Notes: a model not told the origin generated them from the sequence alone. 64,000 bases of DNA from Callorhinchus milii (GCF_018977255.1 NW_024704743.1:94614001-94678000); one strand, 5' to 3'; shown: positions 36,147-50,748, counted from the first letter of the stretch. Made by a program: numbers and translations.

Positions 36147-37174
36147 CCTGTTTATCTAATTCTGGAGAGTATAAGGTACAAGCTGGCCAGAGCCAAGGCT
36201 TGGGGATCCCCAAATGTTGGTTGTGATACTGCTGGAATCTAACCAGTTAAAGCCGCACAGCTTGCCATTGAAAGTGTGATTTGGCAAGCTTTCCCGCTGC
36301 TTCTGCAGCTAGGACTATCTTACTTGTTAGAGCTTTAACTTACAGGATTAACAGTAGCTAAGAATGAAGAATCCCTTCTCTGCAAGTTCCACTATCAAAT
36401 CAAGCTGGCTGGGCTGTCTTCAGTGGTGACTTAGAGTACTGCGGACCTTCTGGATCAGCAACTGGACTATTAATAATAATTATTAATTATTAATTATTAT
36501 TAATAATCCTTGCATTTGGTCTTGCAGCTTTCAATCAGGAGGATGTCTAAGTACTTTGCAGGATAAAGTAGTGACTGCATAATTATTAGGCAAATGCGGC
36601 AGCTAATTTGTACCCAGAAGTCATGAGGTGAATGACCAACAATAATAGTAAGCTGTCATAATTGTGATTAGTATAAGTGTAATCATTGAATATGACTTAA
36701 GAAAATAATTTTGCTAGAAACTATTATTTTCAGAAAAGAACAGAATGAATGAAATTCCAACATATCTGACTTTTTTTTAAAATCCCTTTTGCACATTCTG
36801 TTGTTCCCCAACAGCTGAGGTCTAAAGAGAAAATCAAATTTCTTAATGTGCTAGGACACTGATGTTGAAATATAAACACATTTCATTAAAGATAATCTTA
36901 TCTCATGCATAATAAAGTCACTCACAGATGTGATCCATAGACAGACCTAAGAAGATCTGAAATTTCTCATGATCTGAGCCTTAAGACACTAGCCTTCAAT
37001 TGTAAAAAATGTGCAGAATTTTGAATTTTTTTTAAATGCAGACTTAATAATGGCATTTCCTATTATTAATAATATTATTTGCACATGCAATAATATCTCA
37101 GAAGACCTCGCCTTGGGACCTTCTCTCCTCGCCCTCTGCTGTGTATGAAGTGTCCTGCTTCTGCTATGTTTGTA

Positions 37175-37680
37175 GGGTCTCCTTGAAGCTAAGCTGGCTC
37201 CAAAGTGATTGCTTAGCAACGGAATGTCGTAATTGAGGCAACCCTCTGTGACCGTCTCGTCTCGGTAGTCTGGTTCCTGAGCCAGGTGGATTTGCAGTAC
37301 TTTGGGGCACTGCTGATGACAGACCAGCCAGTCTGTCTAGGTCAGGCTGGTCCAACCTTTTGGCTGCTGAGGACCAGATGCTGGATTTGAAAAACGTCCG
37401 CCAGGCGCATAAGCAATTATTTTTGTGTTTCCCTTCCAGAATCATAATATAACATTTACACTGCTTCTTTTTTATGTTGGACAGATGTATCAAAGCGCTT
37501 GATGCTGCCAGTTATGCACCCGAGCTGGGAGAGTGAGTGTATTCCATTCCAAACACAAACATTTCTAGTTGTAGGTTACGTACATATTCGGACTTCTGAA
37601 TCTGATTTACATACTGTTAAGCATAATGATGGATCATGTGTCAAACACCGTCAAACCCAAAAATATGTTATACTTGTGCT
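37175..37680. repeat. Family X copy in two segments
   Basis: Contains GGTTCCTGAGCCAGG, GGCACTGCTGATGACAGACC, GTGTATTCCATTCCAA and CATGTGTCAAACACC. Confidence 0.65.
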
Positions 37681-37759
37681 TGGCAAACCAGTAAAATCTG
37701 AGGCTCATCGGGTAAAAGACTATTGTAGTGCATGCAGCCCTGGGACATCAGCAGTTTGT

Positions 37760-38170
37760 ATTCTCTCTCTTTGTTCAGTTACTTGATCTCATCCAGGCCT
37801 GGAATTGAGGCCTCTACAATTGGCCTCAACACCTCTAGGTTAGTGAGAGGAAAGAAAACAGGAATGTGTTGAGGTTCCTACCCCTCCTCAGTATCCGAGA
37901 CCCCATTTGAAAGTGGACTTGTGTGAATTGTGGATGCTGGGGTGAGGACAGGATTTTTTTCAACTATGATTCTACCAGTCTGTTCCCCGCCTCCCCACCC
38001 CCCTCACCCCCTCAGTTCAACAGCCTGTTGACAGCATTCCTGGATCCTGCCTGAAGGGCGCTGTAAGACTTATGAGGCATGGTCACTCAGTCGAGGTGCC
38101 AGAGGCACTATACGCTGCTGGAAAGAGAAATGGTTCTTTAGGTGAGGGTGAGGCGCAGGGTAGAAAATAG
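37760..38170 (+). repeat. Old SINE-like repeat; related fragments at ~17040-17330 and ~58960-59050
   Basis: ctacaattggcctca..ggtgaggacagg..cagcctg motifs recognised from recall; weak internal similarity only. Confidence 0.4.
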
Positions 38171-41100
38171 AAAGAGGAAATTTGTGGGAAAGAATTCCTT
38201 TTATTTCTGAGCAGTTGTCAAGTAGCTGTTCTTCCGGGATCTTTTTTCTCTGCCATATATCTGATGCCTCTGTATCAGACGCTCTAAATACCGCAGGAAT
38301 TGCTGGTTGAGAAGACCGGTCAGGGAATTAGAGGAGCCTTAAACTGTCACTAAACATTTTCATGCATGGCACAACAACATCAAATACCGAGGCCGAGGAA
38401 AGCAAACGGGTGAGAACACTAAAGATCAACATCTTTGCTTTGGTATTTTCATGGTAACATTTTTTTAAAAAAAACCTGGTGAAAAAAAGAGACAACCGGA
38501 AGGAATGTTTAATATTTGCTGGAGCTATTCGTGCTGGTTCTAAACCTATAGTGTGACTATCAGAAGCCAGGTCGAGACAGCAACAGGCCAGGCATTTTAC
38601 CTTGATCTCACATTCTTATTCTTGACCGTTTTTCCTCCCAAGTCGAAAAATGAGGAGTGTAATCGGGGCACTTGCCAGTCAATGAACCTGTTGGAAAATA
38701 ATTTTGGAGGAAGGGACCCAAGGCCCTGAAGGGAAGCAGAGTACATGCTTCACTGTCGTGTGTGCGGTTCATCTCAGTGGTCCCACTGGTAGAAAGTACT
38801 CGGTTACTATAGCAACAGCAGTCCTGCTTCATATGGAAAGATTAGCTCTTGCTGTGCTACAGAGAGAATTTGGGGGGGAAAGTCAGGCTAATCCCTGGGT
38901 GCCCAGCTACAGAAAGGTTGGACCTAGCCTGAGGGATGCTGTCACTGCTGCAGTAGAATTGGCCTGCTGCAGACAGTGGTATTTAAGATGAAGAATGGAA
39001 TTCACAATAAGTGTCAGCTCCTCTGGAGTGGAATATGGGATGAGGTTCCCAGAGTCCTTTTGAAGCCTGTCCCACTTCAGCTGCAGAATGACAGCTGGAG
39101 GTTGTGAGTGGAATAGCAATATCTTTAAATAATTTTGAAACAATTATCATTGCTTAAAGCAGGGGAAAAAGCTTCCTATTATTAAAATGGTTAAGCAAAA
39201 TACTGCTGCGGAGTGTCATAAAATGGTAACTACAATACCTGGAAGGCAAACCCTGGCTAACAAAAGCGCTCTTGATTTACCATAAATTCCTGTCAGACAT
39301 CTGCATTTGGCATTGATCCTTGATTTAAACGTCAAGTGACACATTTACAGTAAGCTAATTTAAATGACCTCCATATCATAAAATACACCACTTATTTCCC
39401 TAGTTACCTGTTTTTTGAGTCATATTTATTCCTACAGGCGTTTAGATAATCACAACGGTGGAACGAACCATGAAGTCACGTACCACTTGTTTGTTTTTCT
39501 TCATGGAGAAAGATCTAATTCTGCAATTGAATGAAGAACGTTGTATTTTATCATAGGAGACACTTATGATGCTGATCCTTAAGTTAACTTTTAGCTCTAC
39601 TTATTTAAGTCTTGCTTGCAGTGTCTGAACTAGATATTTGAATGGAATTAACACTACAGGTGATTGTGGAGGTTCCTACTTTTGCATTTTCTATCTTCCT
39701 TGGTTATAATTTTTTTGACCACCGTATCCCTCTGTGAAGAAGTATCAATAGATCAGTCTTTCCAAACAACACTATAGATTGCTTTGTGCCCTTCTCTCCT
39801 CCAGGTTATTTTTGATCATTTTGGAGTTGTGGACCACTGTGGCACAGCAAAATGGTTCTCTGATCCACTTTAATTGTTTTTACAAACTGACTGACTTTAA
39901 TTGGTTTATTAACATATTGGTAAGGGCTCTAATAAGAGTCTTGGGGCTGCCGTTCATCGATTCATTCTAGTTTATGTAAAGCCAAAGAGTGAGATTAGTC
40001 TGGTTTATGCCTGTTAGCTTGTGCTGCCTGTTATGCTTTCAGTTAAGCACATCAGTGTTTCCTATATTCAGGATAGGGTGAAAAATGTAACCTATGATGT
40101 GATAATTGTCACTGGACTTTTATTGTAAGTTGGAAACTCATTTTTTGTTTGTATTCTGTCTGTTTGGAATTGCAACCATCAACCACCTGAACCAGGCAGA
40201 TATGGATATGTTCACAGTTCAAGAAGTGCAAGTTTATTATCACGGGGTGAGGGGAAGCCTTCAGCCCCATCAGTGACACCCTATCACTACAGTCCCAGAG
40301 AAGTGCAGTCACTTGGGTTTGCAGACAGCCAGGGCCTCAATTCTGCAGCTCCAGAGAGAGAGAGAGGGAGCACAAGCCCTGGAGCCGTTAATGTGGCACA
40401 GGCTCTACCCACCCTCTCTGGTAACAATAATAATACTATAAACTAATTTATATTATTCTTGCATTTGATACAGTGCCTTATCACGTTTTCAAGACGTCTA
40501 AAGCGCTTCACAGAATATATTGTAAAGTGAATTGACTGTATATTTTATACAGTCCCAAGGGTCCACTGTAGCTGCCTTCCACACTGCCATTCAGTTGTCA
40601 GAGTATCTTACAATATGTTGTGGTGTGTGGGGAATGGAGCCGTGGAATGTGTGACAGTAGAATTCTCCAGAATATTTAGTGTATTTTAACTTGAGACTAC
40701 TACTAATAATAAGAAAACAATTATTTTCAATTAGTTTATAGACTTTTAAGGTCTTAACAATACAAATTTACATTTATATTCACCTTTTATGTTGGGAGAA
40801 CGTCCCAAGATCCTTAACAATCCTGCTGGGCTCCTGAGCTGAAGGTGGGAATGAAGGGAGGGGGGAAGGGAAAAACTACCTGCTTATTATTGAACACTCA
40901 GTAGAACCAGGAAGAATCTTGTTTAATACTGCAAGTGTTTTGGCATCCTAAGGCCAAGCTTTTAACGGAATATTCTGAATGTAAGCGTTGGACATTTTGA
41001 TGGGAAAATGGCAGAATGTGCGAGTTGAATAAAAAAATTACACCTTTTCACACTGTGAGTCTAACATAGTTATCTATAATTTTAATTTGGAGCCTTCACA

Positions 41101-41344
41101 TTGCTGTCCTCTGAGTGCAATTACAAACCTCTTATTCCATACCACTGTGGATAATGCAGGGAATGTCTTGACAGATGCACTCTAGATGCCATCCAAATCC
41201 CAGTTATATAAGAGCCATTGAGTATATTTAGATTTTCCCCCAAAAATGCAGCTGCTCTAACTTAAAGGAATTTAGATTTGTGTACTCTGAAATTATTCTC
41301 ATGTTGGTAAAGCTGGTAAGCTCACTTTCACATTGGTTATGTAG

Positions 41345-41412
41345 CAAAATATAGACCCAATTCACTTTACAGTATATTCTGTCAAGCGCTTTGAGGCGTC
41401 TCAAAGACGTGA
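41345..41412 (+). mobile_element. tRNA-SINE 3' fragment lacking its terminal tail, fused to an L2
   Basis: caattcactttacagtatattctgt..gacgtgaa runs directly into L2 antisense sequence. Confidence 0.75.
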
Positions 41413-43160
41413 ACTGGATCCTCTGAAGGATAGGGAGCCAGTGGAGTTGGATGAGAATGGGGGAGATGGGGTCACAGAGTTTGGTGCGGGAGAGGACACG
41501 GGCTGCAGAGTTCAGGATTATCTGCAGCCTGTGGAGGGAGGAGTTGGGAAGGCCGACAAGCAGGGTGTTTGCATAGTCGAGCCTGGAGATGATGAAGGCA
41601 TGAACAAGAGTTTCAGCGGCCTGAGGGGTGAGGTAGTGGCGGAGTCGGGTGATGTTACGGAGGTGAGGGAAAGCAGAACGGGTCATGGCTTGAATGTGGG
41701 GGAGAAAAGACAGTTGAGGGTCAAACAAGACACCTAGGTTCCTGACTGGCTGGTGAGTTGAAGTGTGCAACCATGGAGGTTGATGCTGCCAGAGCTTGAG
41801 GTGCTGAGGCGCTGGCGTGAGTCAATCAGGAGAGGCTCAGTCTTGTTCACATTCAACTGTAGGAAATTTGCCCTCATCCAGGATTTGATGTCCGACAGGC
41901 AGTCTGTCAGGACAGCAGTGGTCCTGGAGTTGAGGGTGGAGGCAGAAACATAGAGTTGGGTGTCATCTGCATACGTGTGGAAGTTGAACCCATGTCTGCG
42001 GATGATGTCACCAAGGGGGAGCATGTAGATATTAAAGAGGACAGGGCCAAGGACAGAGCCCTGGGGGGCGCCAGGCGTGACTGTGCGGGGGCTGGAGGAG
42101 AAAATGTTAGACGCAATGAAGTGGAGACAATGGGAGAGATAGGATTCGATCCAGGCAAGGGCAGATCCATGAAGATTGAGTAAAGCGGAGATGCGGTGTA
42201 TGAGAATGTAGTGGTCAACAGTGTCGAAGGTGGCAGAGAGGTCGAGGAGGACAAGGAGGCAGAGGGAGCCCTAATCACAGAAGTTCAGGATGTCATTAGT
42301 GACTTTGACCAGGGCTGTTTCCGTGCTGTGGGCATGACGACATGACGACTCGTTCCAGGACCTTGGAGAGGAATGGGAGGTTAGATATGGGGCGGTAGCT
42401 GGAGAGGAAGGATGGATCCAGGGAAGGTTTTTTTCAGGATGGGGGTGATGACGGCTGTTTTTAGGGGGGTGGGAACTGAACCGGTGGACAGGGAGAAGTT
42501 GATGACATTGGATAGGAGGGTGGCCAGAAGGTGGAGCTGGGAGACGAGGAGAGAGGTCGGGATGGGATCGAGGGATCAGGTGGTGGTTTGACTTTGCGGA
42601 CAGTCGTGGTGAGGGAGGAGGGAGAAATAGGATCGAAGGAGTATAGGGGGGGGATGGGCGAGGTATGGGAAGGTGGACGGAGGAGACGGTTAGTGGTGGA
42701 AAAGAGAAGCTGGGGGTTTGCCTCCAAGATAACCTTGGAGTAGAAGGAGGATTTGGCGGAGGCAAGAACGCAGCAGTAGATCTTGGTGTGGTGAAGCCAA
42801 ATCTGCCAATGGTCCATTAGTTTGGATTTGGTCCAGGTGCGTTCAGCAGCTCGCATTTGTGCCTTGAGGGAACGGAGATGGCTGGTGTACCAGGGGGATT
42901 TACAGAAGTTTGAGGCAGTTCGGGAGGTGAGGGGGGCAAGGGAGTCCAGAATGTAGGAGAGGGAGTTATGAAGAAAGGAAAGTGAGGAGGGGAGATCGGT
43001 CAGTGAGGGCCAGAGGTGAGGGAGTGCAGATAATTCCATAGCAGTGGAGAGGGAGAGGGGAGGAAATTTTTTTCCATGGATGGTATGTAATAGTGGAGGG
43101 TTGGGAAGGAGGAAGGGGTACTGAGATGTTGAGGGAGATGAACAACAATTTGCCCTTCAC
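41409..43160 (-). mobile_element. Decayed L2 LINE ORF2 (RT with YADDTQ), 3' end missing
   Basis: ORFs 42461..43039, 41734..42024 (FHTYADDTQLY..LQLNVNKTE) and 41228..41770 (SRLDYAN..LHWLP). Confidence 0.92.
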
Positions 43161-44117
43161 ACCGGGCAGAGTCTCGGAGGGCTTAAAATTACCCAGAGCA
43201 CTTCCCAGAGGATGAGCCATGTTTAGCATTAAAATACATTTTTTTTTAACTGAATTCACTTGCGGTGAAAGCGTGTCAAAAATTCAACAGTTAAATTCCA
43301 GCAATAATAATGAATCTGCTTCACGTTTTTTTAGTGATTTCATATAGTCAACTCATGACCAGTATTGTGTGATTTTATAAACGTGTGCTGCATTTGTCAC
43401 AGAATTTTTCTTATGTCAGTGATGATTGTTGAGATTGGCTTGCATATGAATTTACAACGTGGAACAGGGATGTAAGGAAAATTACACTACATGAATTACA
43501 TATCAGCAAAACTAATCTATACTAAGGGAACAGGCCTTGCTTATCAGATATAGCAACAGCTATAGTGCATAACAGACTCAAAACAACTCATAATCTGATA
43601 CTTCTCAACTAATTATAAGTCTAAAGCACCTGAGTCATAAAAATCAATGTTACATGGTTAAATAAAACAACAAAATGACACTTATATAGCGCCTTTCACG
43701 TCGGGAGGATGACCTGGTCGGTCATGTTACTATTTTGAAGTTGAGTTTTTTTTTATTATTTTGCCCTAATCCTGGAAGTTTAAAGAAATGCACAACATAT
43801 TTCAATCTTATGATTTGGTGTAGTGAAATTGATGACTAGTGGATCATGTAAAACTACAGAGGCAATCACTACCAAGACCAATTTGGATGACTGCAATGTG
43901 CAAGACCATGCATAAACAATGTTTAATTTGCAGTGTGAACGAGGCAGAGATTAATTCTGGATGCACCTGGTTTTCATTGATCTGCAAAGAACATTACGAA
44001 CCAAGCAACAGAGGATTAACTCTCAAATTTGCTCTACTGTAGAAATGGGTTTGTTTAGTCTTAACAAGTCTTGTTTAGTCTGATTCCATTCAATTACATG
44101 GGAATCAAACAACTTTA

Positions 44118-44335
44118 ATATCATGGGATCTTTAACATTCACCTGAACAGACAGACAGGACCTTGTTTTTTACCGTCTCATCTGAAGGACCACACATCTG
44201 ACAATGAAAACACTCCCAACACTGCACTGGATTCTTAACCTAGGCCATGTGAGTTTAAGCCCCAACATGCGGCTTGAATCCACAACCTTCTGACTCAAAG
44301 GAGAGAGTGCTATCAACTGAGCCAGGCTGACACAC
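44118..44335 (-). mobile_element. Deu-type tRNA SINE, 5' half
   Basis: Reverse complement reads gtcagcctggctcagttgatagcactctctcctttgagtcagaaggttgtgg..cagatgagacgg..agatcccatg. Confidence 0.75.
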
Positions 44336-45739
44336 ACATTGGGGCCTGGAGTGTACATTCCATTTTTAAACATGGATATTTCCTTGTGTAGGTGGCATAG
44401 ATATGTGGAACTCTGAGTCTAGTTTGGAGACTCGTAAACATGGTAATTGGTTTCCTCATGAATTCATTGGACATACTCTCTACATTTTAAGTACAGAGGT
44501 TAAAATAAGTCATCATTCTTTTGTTGACATTATGATCAGGGAAAGAGAATACTGGCTAATTTCTAATAGAAGTAGAGATATTAAGGGATGATGGAGATGG
44601 GAAATGTGACCCTGATCTAATAAATCTAATCGTAGAATAGTTTGACATATTGAATAGCCTACTCCTTTTCTTATGTTCCTAAGTGCCCCCAAAGTAACAG
44701 GATTTAGAAGGAAATCATAATATTACTTCAGACCTATGGGGACGTAGATATTTGCTTTGTGGTTGACTCATTAGATTATAGTACAAAAATAAATTATACT
44801 TTATATCAAATGCAAGGATTATTATTAGGATGGTTACTGTTGACAAGGAGGTATCTTTTGTTTGCAAAAATACAGCACTAAACTATTGAGATGGTGAGAA
44901 ATTACGAGACATAATAGGTTATGAACTTCTTTTGAGTTGGGTGTAGAGGAAACGGCTGCACAAGAAAAAGGCCATGACTGGGTGAACTTCCTTTGGATAG
45001 AAAATTGTTAATGTATAGGGTTGGATCTAGAAGGTGCATTTTCTCTCATAGGAGATTGTGTTAATGTTTCAACCCCTTATCTTTCCATATCCCTTCCATT
45101 TTTCAAAGGCACTTGCCATCTGGAACTTACCCTACAACCTGAGTAACACATTTTAGTAACACATTTGCAATTTTGCTTAGCTCAGGGCAGCTATTTATGA
45201 TGGAGAGAGGCACTGGTTGACGTCCTTCTGCATTTTCCCAACATTTGTGTTGTTGGTTGTAAAAATAAATTCTAAACTTTGTGTAGTCTTCATTGCATAA
45301 TTGCAAGGCATTCTATATATGTTATGTTGATGGAATAAAGCAATGTTGCCCTTCAGAACAGATTTTTGTTTCCCTTCAACATAACTCAATAAACAACCCC
45401 ATCTTGATTTCCTGTTACTATTTTCTTTTAGGCTATAAACTGTCCCGTTTCATTAATACTCAATGCCCAAGCTGTAACTATCTCACTGGCAGATGGAAAG
45501 GCTAGACCTGTCTCAGAAATTTGCAGGACAGTCATCTTGAGTAGCACTGATACATTCACAAAATGTTGTCTTATTAATTTGATGTGACACCCTGTTTTCA
45601 CCTGTACAATCTTACCTTCTCCTCAGCTTGGTAAGAGGAGAGTTCAGCTGGAAGTGACAAAATCAGTCTCCTTTGGTAATTTGATGCATTGGTATGCATG
45701 AAAGATTGTGTGATTACTTCTGATCTCAGTACCGATGAG

Positions 45740-47985
45740 AATCATTAGATTCAGAGTGCATATTGAAAGAGACAAGGAACCATCTAAGGTGAAGATATTC
45801 AACTGGAAGAGGGCAAATTTCAGTGAGTTAAAAAGGGACCTAGCCAAGGTGGACTGGAAAGAAAGATTGGCAGGTAAAACAACTAAAGAGCAGTGGGAAG
45901 TCTTCCAAGGATGAGATAGCTCAGGGACAGAATAAATACATTCCCACAAAAGGGAAAAGTAGGGCTTTCAAACCTCCCTGGATAACGAAGGTAATTGTAT
46001 CTAGAATGAAGCAGAAAAAGGAGGTGTATGATAAATGTCAAACCCAAGATACAGAAGATAACCAAATAGAATATAGGAAGTGCAGAAGAGGTTTGAAAAA
46101 GGAAGTAAGAGGGGCTAAGATTATACGAAAAAAGGTTAGCAGGTAACATTAAAGGCAATTCTAAAATATTTTACAAACATATCAAGAAAAAAAGGCTAGT
46201 CAAAGGTAAGGTGGGGCCAATTAAGGACCAAGGAGGAAATCTTATTGTGGAGGCAGAGGGCATGGCTGATGTGCTGAATGAGTACTTTGCATATGTCTTC
46301 ACAAAAGAAGTGGATGCACCAAATGCCACAGTATCAGAGGAGAGGGTAGAGGAAATGGATAGGGTAAGTATAAACAGAGAGGAAGCACTGAAAAGGTTGA
46401 CTGCGCTGAAGGTAGATAAGTTGCCCGGTCCGGACGGGATGCAGCCAAGGTTACTATGGGAGGCAAGGGTATAAATAGCGGAGGCTTTGGCTACAATTTT
46501 TCAATCTTTGTTGGACACAGGAGTGGTGCCAGAGGACTGGAGAGTGACCAATGTGACTCCCCTGTACAAAAAGGGACAGAAGGACAAACCTGGGAACTAC
46601 AGGCCAGTCAGCCTAACATCAGTAGTGGGGAAATTCCTGGAGACTATAATCCAGGACAGAATAAATCTTCACTTAACAGAATATGGGTTAATTAGGGACA
46701 GCCAACATGGATTTGTTAAAGGCAAATCTTGTCTAACAAATCTAATAGAATTTTTCGATGAGGTAACGGAGAGGGTGGATAAAGGTAGTGCAGTTGATAT
46801 AGTTTATATGGACTTTCAAAGGGCATTTGACAAAGTGCCACATGAAAGACTTGTAAGAAAGATAGAAGCCCATGGTATAAAAGAGACAATGGCAGCATGG
46901 ATCCAGAACTGGCTGGGAGACAGAAAGCAGAGAGTTGTGGTGAACAGCTGCTTTTCTGACTGGAGGGAAGTGTACAGTGGCGTCCCCAGGGATCGGTATT
47001 AGGACCACTGCTCTTCTTAATATACATAAATAATCTGGACTTGGTTATAGCAAGTACCATTTCCAAGTTTGCAGACAACACAAAGTTAGGTAGTGTGGTA
47101 AACAGTGAGAAGGATAGTAGGCAATTGCAGGAAGACATAGACAGAATGGTAAAATGGGCAGACACATGGCAGATGAATTTCAATGTGGAGAAATGCGAGG
47201 TAATGCATTTTGGTAGAAAGAATGAGGGGAGGCAATATAGGCTGGTAATACAATCTTAAAGGGGGTAAAAGAACAGAGAGACCTGGGGGTGCAGGTAAAT
47301 GAATCCTTGAAGTTGGCAGGACAGGTAGATAAAGTGGTAAAAAGGGCATATGGGATACTAGGCTTTATAAATAGGGGCATAGAGTACAAGAGTCAGGAGG
47401 TTATTATTAACCTATATAAAACACTGGTTAGGCCTCAGTTAGAATACTGCGCGCAGTTCTGGGCACCACACTATAGGAAGGATGTTAAGGCAATGGAAAG
47501 GCTGCAGAGGAGATTTACAAGAATGGTACCAGGAATGAGGGACCTTGATTATGAGGACAGGCGAGAGAGGCTGGGATTATTCTCATTGGAGCAGAGAAGG
47601 TTACGAGGAGACCTAAAAGAGGTCTTCAAAATCATGAGAGGATTTGACAGGTTAGAAAGGGAAAAACTGTTTCCACTGGTGGATGTGTCAGTGACTTGAG
47701 GTCACAGATTCAATATAGTCTCTAAAAGAAGCAGAGGGGAGATTAGAAGATATTTTTTCACACAGTGAGTTGTTCGAATCTGGAACACATTGACTGAAAA
47801 GGTGGTCGAGGCCGATTCAATAAATACTTTTAAAAACCCGTGGACGGGCATTTGAGGAGGATGGGTTTGCAAGGGTTATGGGGAAAGGGCTGGGGAGTGG
47901 GACTGACATTAATTGCTTTATTCAAAGAGCCGGCACAAACTCAATGGGCCGAATGGCCTCTTTTTGTGCTGTATGATTCTATGAG
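45740..47985 (+). mobile_element. 5'-truncated CR1 LINE, ORF2 pseudogenised
   Basis: Encodes PGPDGM, VPEDWR..NVTP, NYRPVSLTS, SQHGF..SCLTNL, YMDFQRAFDKV, FADNTKL and RPQLEYCAQFW. Frameshifts and stops present. Tail tgggccgaatggcct..gtatgattctatga. Confidence 0.95.
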
Positions 47986-50426
47986 TGAAAACAGTCATGT
48001 ATATGAATCTTCTGCCCTTTCCCATACGGGAAATATTTATGTTCCTATTTATGTATTAACTGGAGTTTAAAGCCAATGTGAAGTCATTTGTAGGTGAAGT
48101 TTGAGGGAAATCCAACGAAAGATGAAGGTCGGATTAAGACCCAACTTTTACACTGTCTAGCTTCTTGATTGGCTGCAATTGGAAGATAACAATTCTGGCA
48201 CGTGAGAGCAAGAAGCTTTATTGCTGCCAAATAAATCCAGCCAGAATGGCAAAAGTTTGGCTGGTCACCATTTGCAGATGCACATGTGCATGTCCTGGTC
48301 ACTGAATACAGAGTAAGCTCCCCCCCACCCCGAGAGTCTGGTTATTGATGAGGGCTACCAATTTCCAGATGTTTGTGGCCAAGTATCCATTACATTGCAA
48401 AGTGCTTACTTTTCACCCTGATTTATCCATAGCTCATGCCAGGAGTTCAATAATAGAGATTTGAGCATTTAGTTCTGTAAAAAATAGATTAATAAAGAGA
48501 TTGTGTTCGCGGCATAACACTTAATAAACTTCAGACCTGAAACACTTGATGGATACGTTTTGCTGAAAGCAGTAAAACTTAAATTGGAGAAATAATATCA
48601 TGCCACATCCTATTATCTCATTGAGTTAAAATCTCATTTGACACTGAATGTAGAACCTCTCTTCAGTGTTGCCAAAGCCTCACTTCTAGCATCTATTAGT
48701 TTTAGGATTATTTTGTCAAAGGATACTGTGCAGTATCTGTGACTTAATATTGATATCAATGATATTATAATCCAAGGTGTTTTAACATGGCTATGACTTC
48801 TGTAGGTAACTATGAAAATCAAATGTTGTGCAGGCTTGAAAGTGATGTAGATTAGAGGTCCTTGACTTGCATTTTTTAATAGATGAAGATAGTATCATAA
48901 CAAGCCTGATAGACCAGTGGAAATTCCACTTTGTCGTGTTTGTTACAGTAGAATAATAATAATCCTTACATTTGCGGTAGCTCCTTTCACATGGGGGATG
49001 TCTCAAAGTGCTTCATAGGATTTTCCTGTAATTGACAAGTGCTGTGCAAAACGGAATCCAACAGAATAACATGAGTACTTCACACCAAGTGGCAAATACA
49101 GTGCAATCCTAATGTAATGTGCTTCTTCATTGTGCAGATTCAGTTCTAACGTGTTTGCATCATGGATTGTATTTACTGCACGTGTACGCAGCCAGCTGAC
49201 TAAATTAGATGATTTAATAAACTTTGCATTGGACTTGTAGGTTATGGAGATCATGCAAGAAGTGACACCCATGTAACTCAGAAGTAGGTCAGTTTTTTTT
49301 AAAGAGCTGGCACTAACCCTTGTACAGGGAAAGAGTTGGTTGGCTGTGTGTGCAGTGAAAACGACTATAGTGTTGTTTTATAGTGGATTTTATGGAGCCC
49401 ATCTGCTGTGTTACAATAAGTCTTCTCTATGTGGAATAAGATACCCAGGGAGGAGATAGTTTGTGTCACTAAATTCAAGGGCTTTTGACAGTTATTTAGC
49501 AAATAAATCAATTTAGGATTTTGAGAGACAGAGTAACATAGGATTTTTTTACGTTGGAACAAGATGGATCTCAATGATCGTTTCTGGTTCTGTACGTCCC
49601 CATTCACTGCCTATATAGATTGACACATCATTTCTCTGTCATGTGCTACAAAATGTTCACCAGATTCAGCACATTTCACTCCAGCCACCCAGGTCAACAT
49701 CCAGCGCTTCACAGAACACACTGTAAAGTGAATTGACCGTATATTTGTGGGCGAAACGCGGCAGCCAGTTGCATACAGCAGTGTCCCACAAACAGTGTGG
49801 ATTGAAAATGACCAATTTTTTATAACTTGCAAAAAATGTAAGCAGAACTAGTGTTTCGAAGATAGAAGCATAGAAATCTACAGTATAGAAGGAAGCCATT
49901 CGACCCATTGAGTCTACAGTAGACTGTTTTTTCCCAAAAGTAATGGTTATTCGGAATAGGCTCCCAACAAAAGCTGTCGATCCTCATTCATCAACACCTT
50001 TTAAAAAAAACGCTAGCTAAAGAAAATAGTGATAGATTCAGACTGAGATGTACATGTACTCTCCAGGTGGTTAGTGAATAGGTACTCCCTAAATCCAGAA
50101 GATAGTGAAGCAAAACAGAATATTCATCTATCCCCAACTATCTCCACCCTTCAACCGTAAAAATAGTCTTATTAACTGTTTATTATGAGGCCATTTGGTG
50201 CTGACTGCCTTATCCTTGAAGGCCACCTGAATTGGGTAACACTTTCTGACTGTACGATAATAATAATTAATAATAATATTTGTATTTGGAATTGAGCCTT
50301 ATCACATTATTGGGAAGTCACAAAGTACTTCACAAAATATATTGTAAAGTGAATTGACTTTGTATTTTGTGGGCGAAACAGTACAAAACAGTAAAATAGT
50401 CAGATATCCACTTACTTACAATCAAG

Positions 50427-50748
50427 TAATAATAATAATAATAATCCTTGCATTTGATATAGCGCTTTTCACGTCAGGAGGACGACCCAAAGCGCTTCAC
50501 AGAATATACTGTAAAGTGAGTTGACTGTATATTTGTAGGCGAACGCAGCAGCCAATTGCGCACAGCAATGTCCCACAAACAGTCATAGATTGAAAATGAC
50601 CAATTTAATTATTGTTTTTGTTTTTTGGAGGGATTATTATTAGGTGTGTGGACTAAGGAAACTTGCCCAAGGTTTCGCCCTGCCTGGAATTGAACTCAGG
50701 TCTCCCGCTTGCAAAGCGAGTGCTCTAACCACTGAGCTACAGGACTCC
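50427..50748 (-). mobile_element. Full-length tRNA(Ala)-derived SINE (CTCCC-loop subfamily)
   Basis: Head-to-tail match to 12696-13020. Confidence 0.9.

Larger units (their letters stand above)
35130..36468. repeat. Family X copy split into three pieces by an L2 and a SINE
   Basis: Pieces 35130-35235, 35791-35834 and 36147-36468 are colinear with 26143-26500. Confidence 0.7.

Noticed and set aside
46487..47699. Reverse transcriptase ORFs as an active or domesticated gene
   Set aside because: Broken by frameshifts and stops, catalytic FADD is FADN, 5'-truncated, and ends in a CR1 tail.
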